The notes under the pieces were generated by a model, which was given only the letters and a program-made list of their open reading frames with translations, made no database searches and had not been told where the DNA came from. A DNA stretch of 27,270 nt from a virus (taxonomy: Duplodnaviria; Caudoviricetes): the IMG/VR virus record IMGVR_UViG_3300010359_000066, positions 1-27,270 of that record; one strand, 5' to 3'. Positions 25,790 to 27,270 of this stretch are shown piece after piece. The translations under genes were made by a program, and so were the position numbers. Positions within the stretch are counted from its first letter, which is position 1, and the number at the start of each line of letters is the position of its first letter.

Positions 25790-26163
25790 CAGCGCTCCAC
25801 CAGATTGAGAAACAAGTCCCACCGCTGGCCGTTCAGTTCGACCCAGGTCTCCAGCTTGAGCTTTGGATCGATGTGCTTGAGCGGCAGGCGGACCCCGGTC
25901 CGGGCGCGTTCCATCTCCTTGCGGGTGCTGAAGCTGGCGACGGTGACCAGCCCGTTCCGATAGTCCGCGACCATCTTCTTAGCCAGGCTGATCCAGATGC
26001 CGCCCGGCTTCTTACGCCCGGGGTTACGCGCCTGGTTGCGCGGCACGGACTTGGTGGTGAACGTGATGTCGTCGTCGGTCACTGTTTCCGGGGGTACCTC
26101 GCTCGTTGGCCTGGGCCGGTTGTGCCGCCCACGGATGTATGGGCGGCGCGGCTGGTCGCTCAC
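25789..26163 (-). CDS. Basic hypothetical protein (124 aa), possibly DNA-binding
   Basis: GTGA coupling; K/R-rich; alpha/beta C-terminal domain. Confidence 0.65.
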   Translation of the reverse strand: MSDQPRRPYIRGRHNRPRPTSEVPPETVTDDDITFTTKSVPRNQARNPGRKKPGGIWISLAKKMVADYRNGLVTVASFSTRKEMERARTGVRLPLKHIDPKLKLETWVELNGQRWDLFLNLVER

Positions 26164-26546
26164 GCGCCAGCGTGGATGCGGAACTGGCGCTGGATCTGCT
26201 GCACCGCATGGCGGACGGTCTTCTTGGACGAGCCAGGAAACTTGCGCCGCATCGCCTCGTAGGCTCGATCCTCCAGGCCCATCCAGTCCTGCTTCTCGAC
26301 CAGATCATGGCACGTCTGGCAGGCCCCCCAGGCGCCCCACGACTGGCCCATCGGCCCAGGGTTGACGAGGAAGTCTCGAGCGACCTCGTTGGCCACCACG
26401 GGCGTCGCCGAGCAGAAGTCGCAGATGGGGTTGGTGGAGCGCGGTTCCACCCTGGGGCACACCTGGCACCGCCAGACCGGCACGTCGTTCTCCCGGCCGG
26501 CCTCCATCGGGAAGGCGCAGTGCAGCGGCGCCGGTGCGCTACTCAT
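26160..26546 (-). CDS. Zn-finger protein (128 aa)
   Basis: CQVC, CDFCS, WGACQTCH motifs. Confidence 0.7.
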   Translation of the reverse strand: MSSAPAPLHCAFPMEAGRENDVPVWRCQVCPRVEPRSTNPICDFCSATPVVANEVARDFLVNPGPMGQSWGAWGACQTCHDLVEKQDWMGLEDRAYEAMRRKFPGSSKKTVRHAVQQIQRQFRIHAGA

Positions 26547-26775
26547 CCAGCTTTGCCTCCAGGCGGTCCGCCCAGTTATCGATGATCTCGTACGGGATCG
26601 GGCGGCCGACGGTGTCATGCCGCCAGCGGCGGATGTCCTGACTCACCTCCGCCATGACGACGCGCAACTCGTGGTACTTGATCGTCGGGCGCTGGCGGCC
26701 AACGCCCATGGCATCAAGTTCTTCCTGTAGCTCGCGCACTCGATCGATGACACGGCGTTGCTCTTCAGGGTTCAT
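26539..26775 (-). CDS. Helical hypothetical protein (78 aa)
   Basis: GAGGTG RBS about 10 nt before ATG 26775; overlaps the next gene. Confidence 0.65.
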   Translation of the reverse strand: MNPEEQRRVIDRVRELQEELDAMGVGRQRPTIKYHELRVVMAEVSQDIRRWRHDTVGRPIPYEIIDNWADRLEAKLDE

Positions 26776-26801
26776 GTTCGCGTTGCACCTCAGTGTCCAT
26801 C

Positions 26802-27270
26802 TCACTCCGGTACGGGGAATGCCTCGGCGCCGCGCCCGTCGCTGCGCCAGACCAGATTCTGGATCGTCTCCTGGCGGCGCCAGAAGTTCCAGGCTTTGAT
26901 GACCAGGGCGACTAGTAGCTCGCGCCCCCTGGCGCTGTTGTCCCACGCCGTGTACTGGCTCATGAAGGTGTTCCGCAGCCGCAGGATGGCGCTGCCCCTG
27001 GGCAGGTTGTCGCCCTCCACGAGATGCTCCACAAAGATGGCGGCGGCCTGGGGATCCGTACGGAAGAGCAGCGTCATCGCCGTGGCCCACAGACCCGTGC
27101 CGCCGATGAAGCCGGCGTTGTGGATCCGTGTGGCCAGCAGCACCCCCTCGCGGACCTCGGGGTGCGCGTCCACGTAGGCCACCTGCTCGGGGATCGACGG
27201 TGCGGTGTTCGGGTCGCGGAACGACGAGACGTACACCCGCCCGAAGCGTTCGATGATGATCAGCGTTCGA
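26802..27270 (-). CDS. C-terminal part of a phage protein usually annotated ParB-like (5' end outside window)
   Basis: Frame open to the window edge; F..HL..G..L..GS.IL.LRN....LVIKAWN.WR pattern recalled from actinophage ParB-like proteins; the ParB domain itself is not in the window. Confidence 0.5.
   Translation of the reverse strand, partial: RTLIIIERFGRVYVSSFRDPNTAPSIPEQVAYVDAHPEVREGVLLATRIHNAGFIGGTGLWATAMTLLFRTDPQAAAIFVEHLVEGDNLPRGSAILRLRNTFMSQYTAWDNSARGRELLVALVIKAWNFWRRQETIQNLVWRSDGRGAEAFPVPE

Larger units (their letters stand above)
1..27270. mobile_element. Tailed dsDNA bacteriophage (or prophage) genome segment: virion morphogenesis and lysis module plus a convergent early-gene block
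   Basis: Tightly coupled + strand operon (ATGA/TGATG/TAATG/GTGA junctions) with capsid, scaffold, collagen fibre, muralytic and holin-like genes; many short - strand ORFs; no host housekeeping genes. Confidence 0.95.

Overview
High-GC tailed-phage genome segment, most likely a podovirus-like virion with ejection proteins. A monoderm host such as Chloroflexota or Actinomycetota is an inference only. The + strand late operon (1-23894) runs: portal C-terminus, four probable ejection proteins (including a 2570-aa polyvalent protein with SLT, C39-like peptidase, HhH-GPD glycosylase-like and conserved C-terminal domains), scaffold, HK97-type major capsid, small capsid accessory proteins, adaptor, collagen tail fibre, nozzle, spike, and a lysis cassette. 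A convergent - strand block of small early-type genes (23793-27270) contains a repeat- and hairpin-rich 235-bp intergenic region with attP- or operator-like architecture. The most striking signal is a hidden second coding layer in the virion and lysis genes. It comprises (i) an antisense gene with a perfect heptad coiled coil inside a Pro-rich linker (1241-1453), (ii) a +1-frame gene with its own RBS inside the giant protein downstream of its glycosylase-like domain (7572-7826), and (iii) an endolysin apparently assembled by +1 frameshifting at CCC-UUU-UGA (23034-23042). All family calls come from motif recognition by eye; no searches were run.
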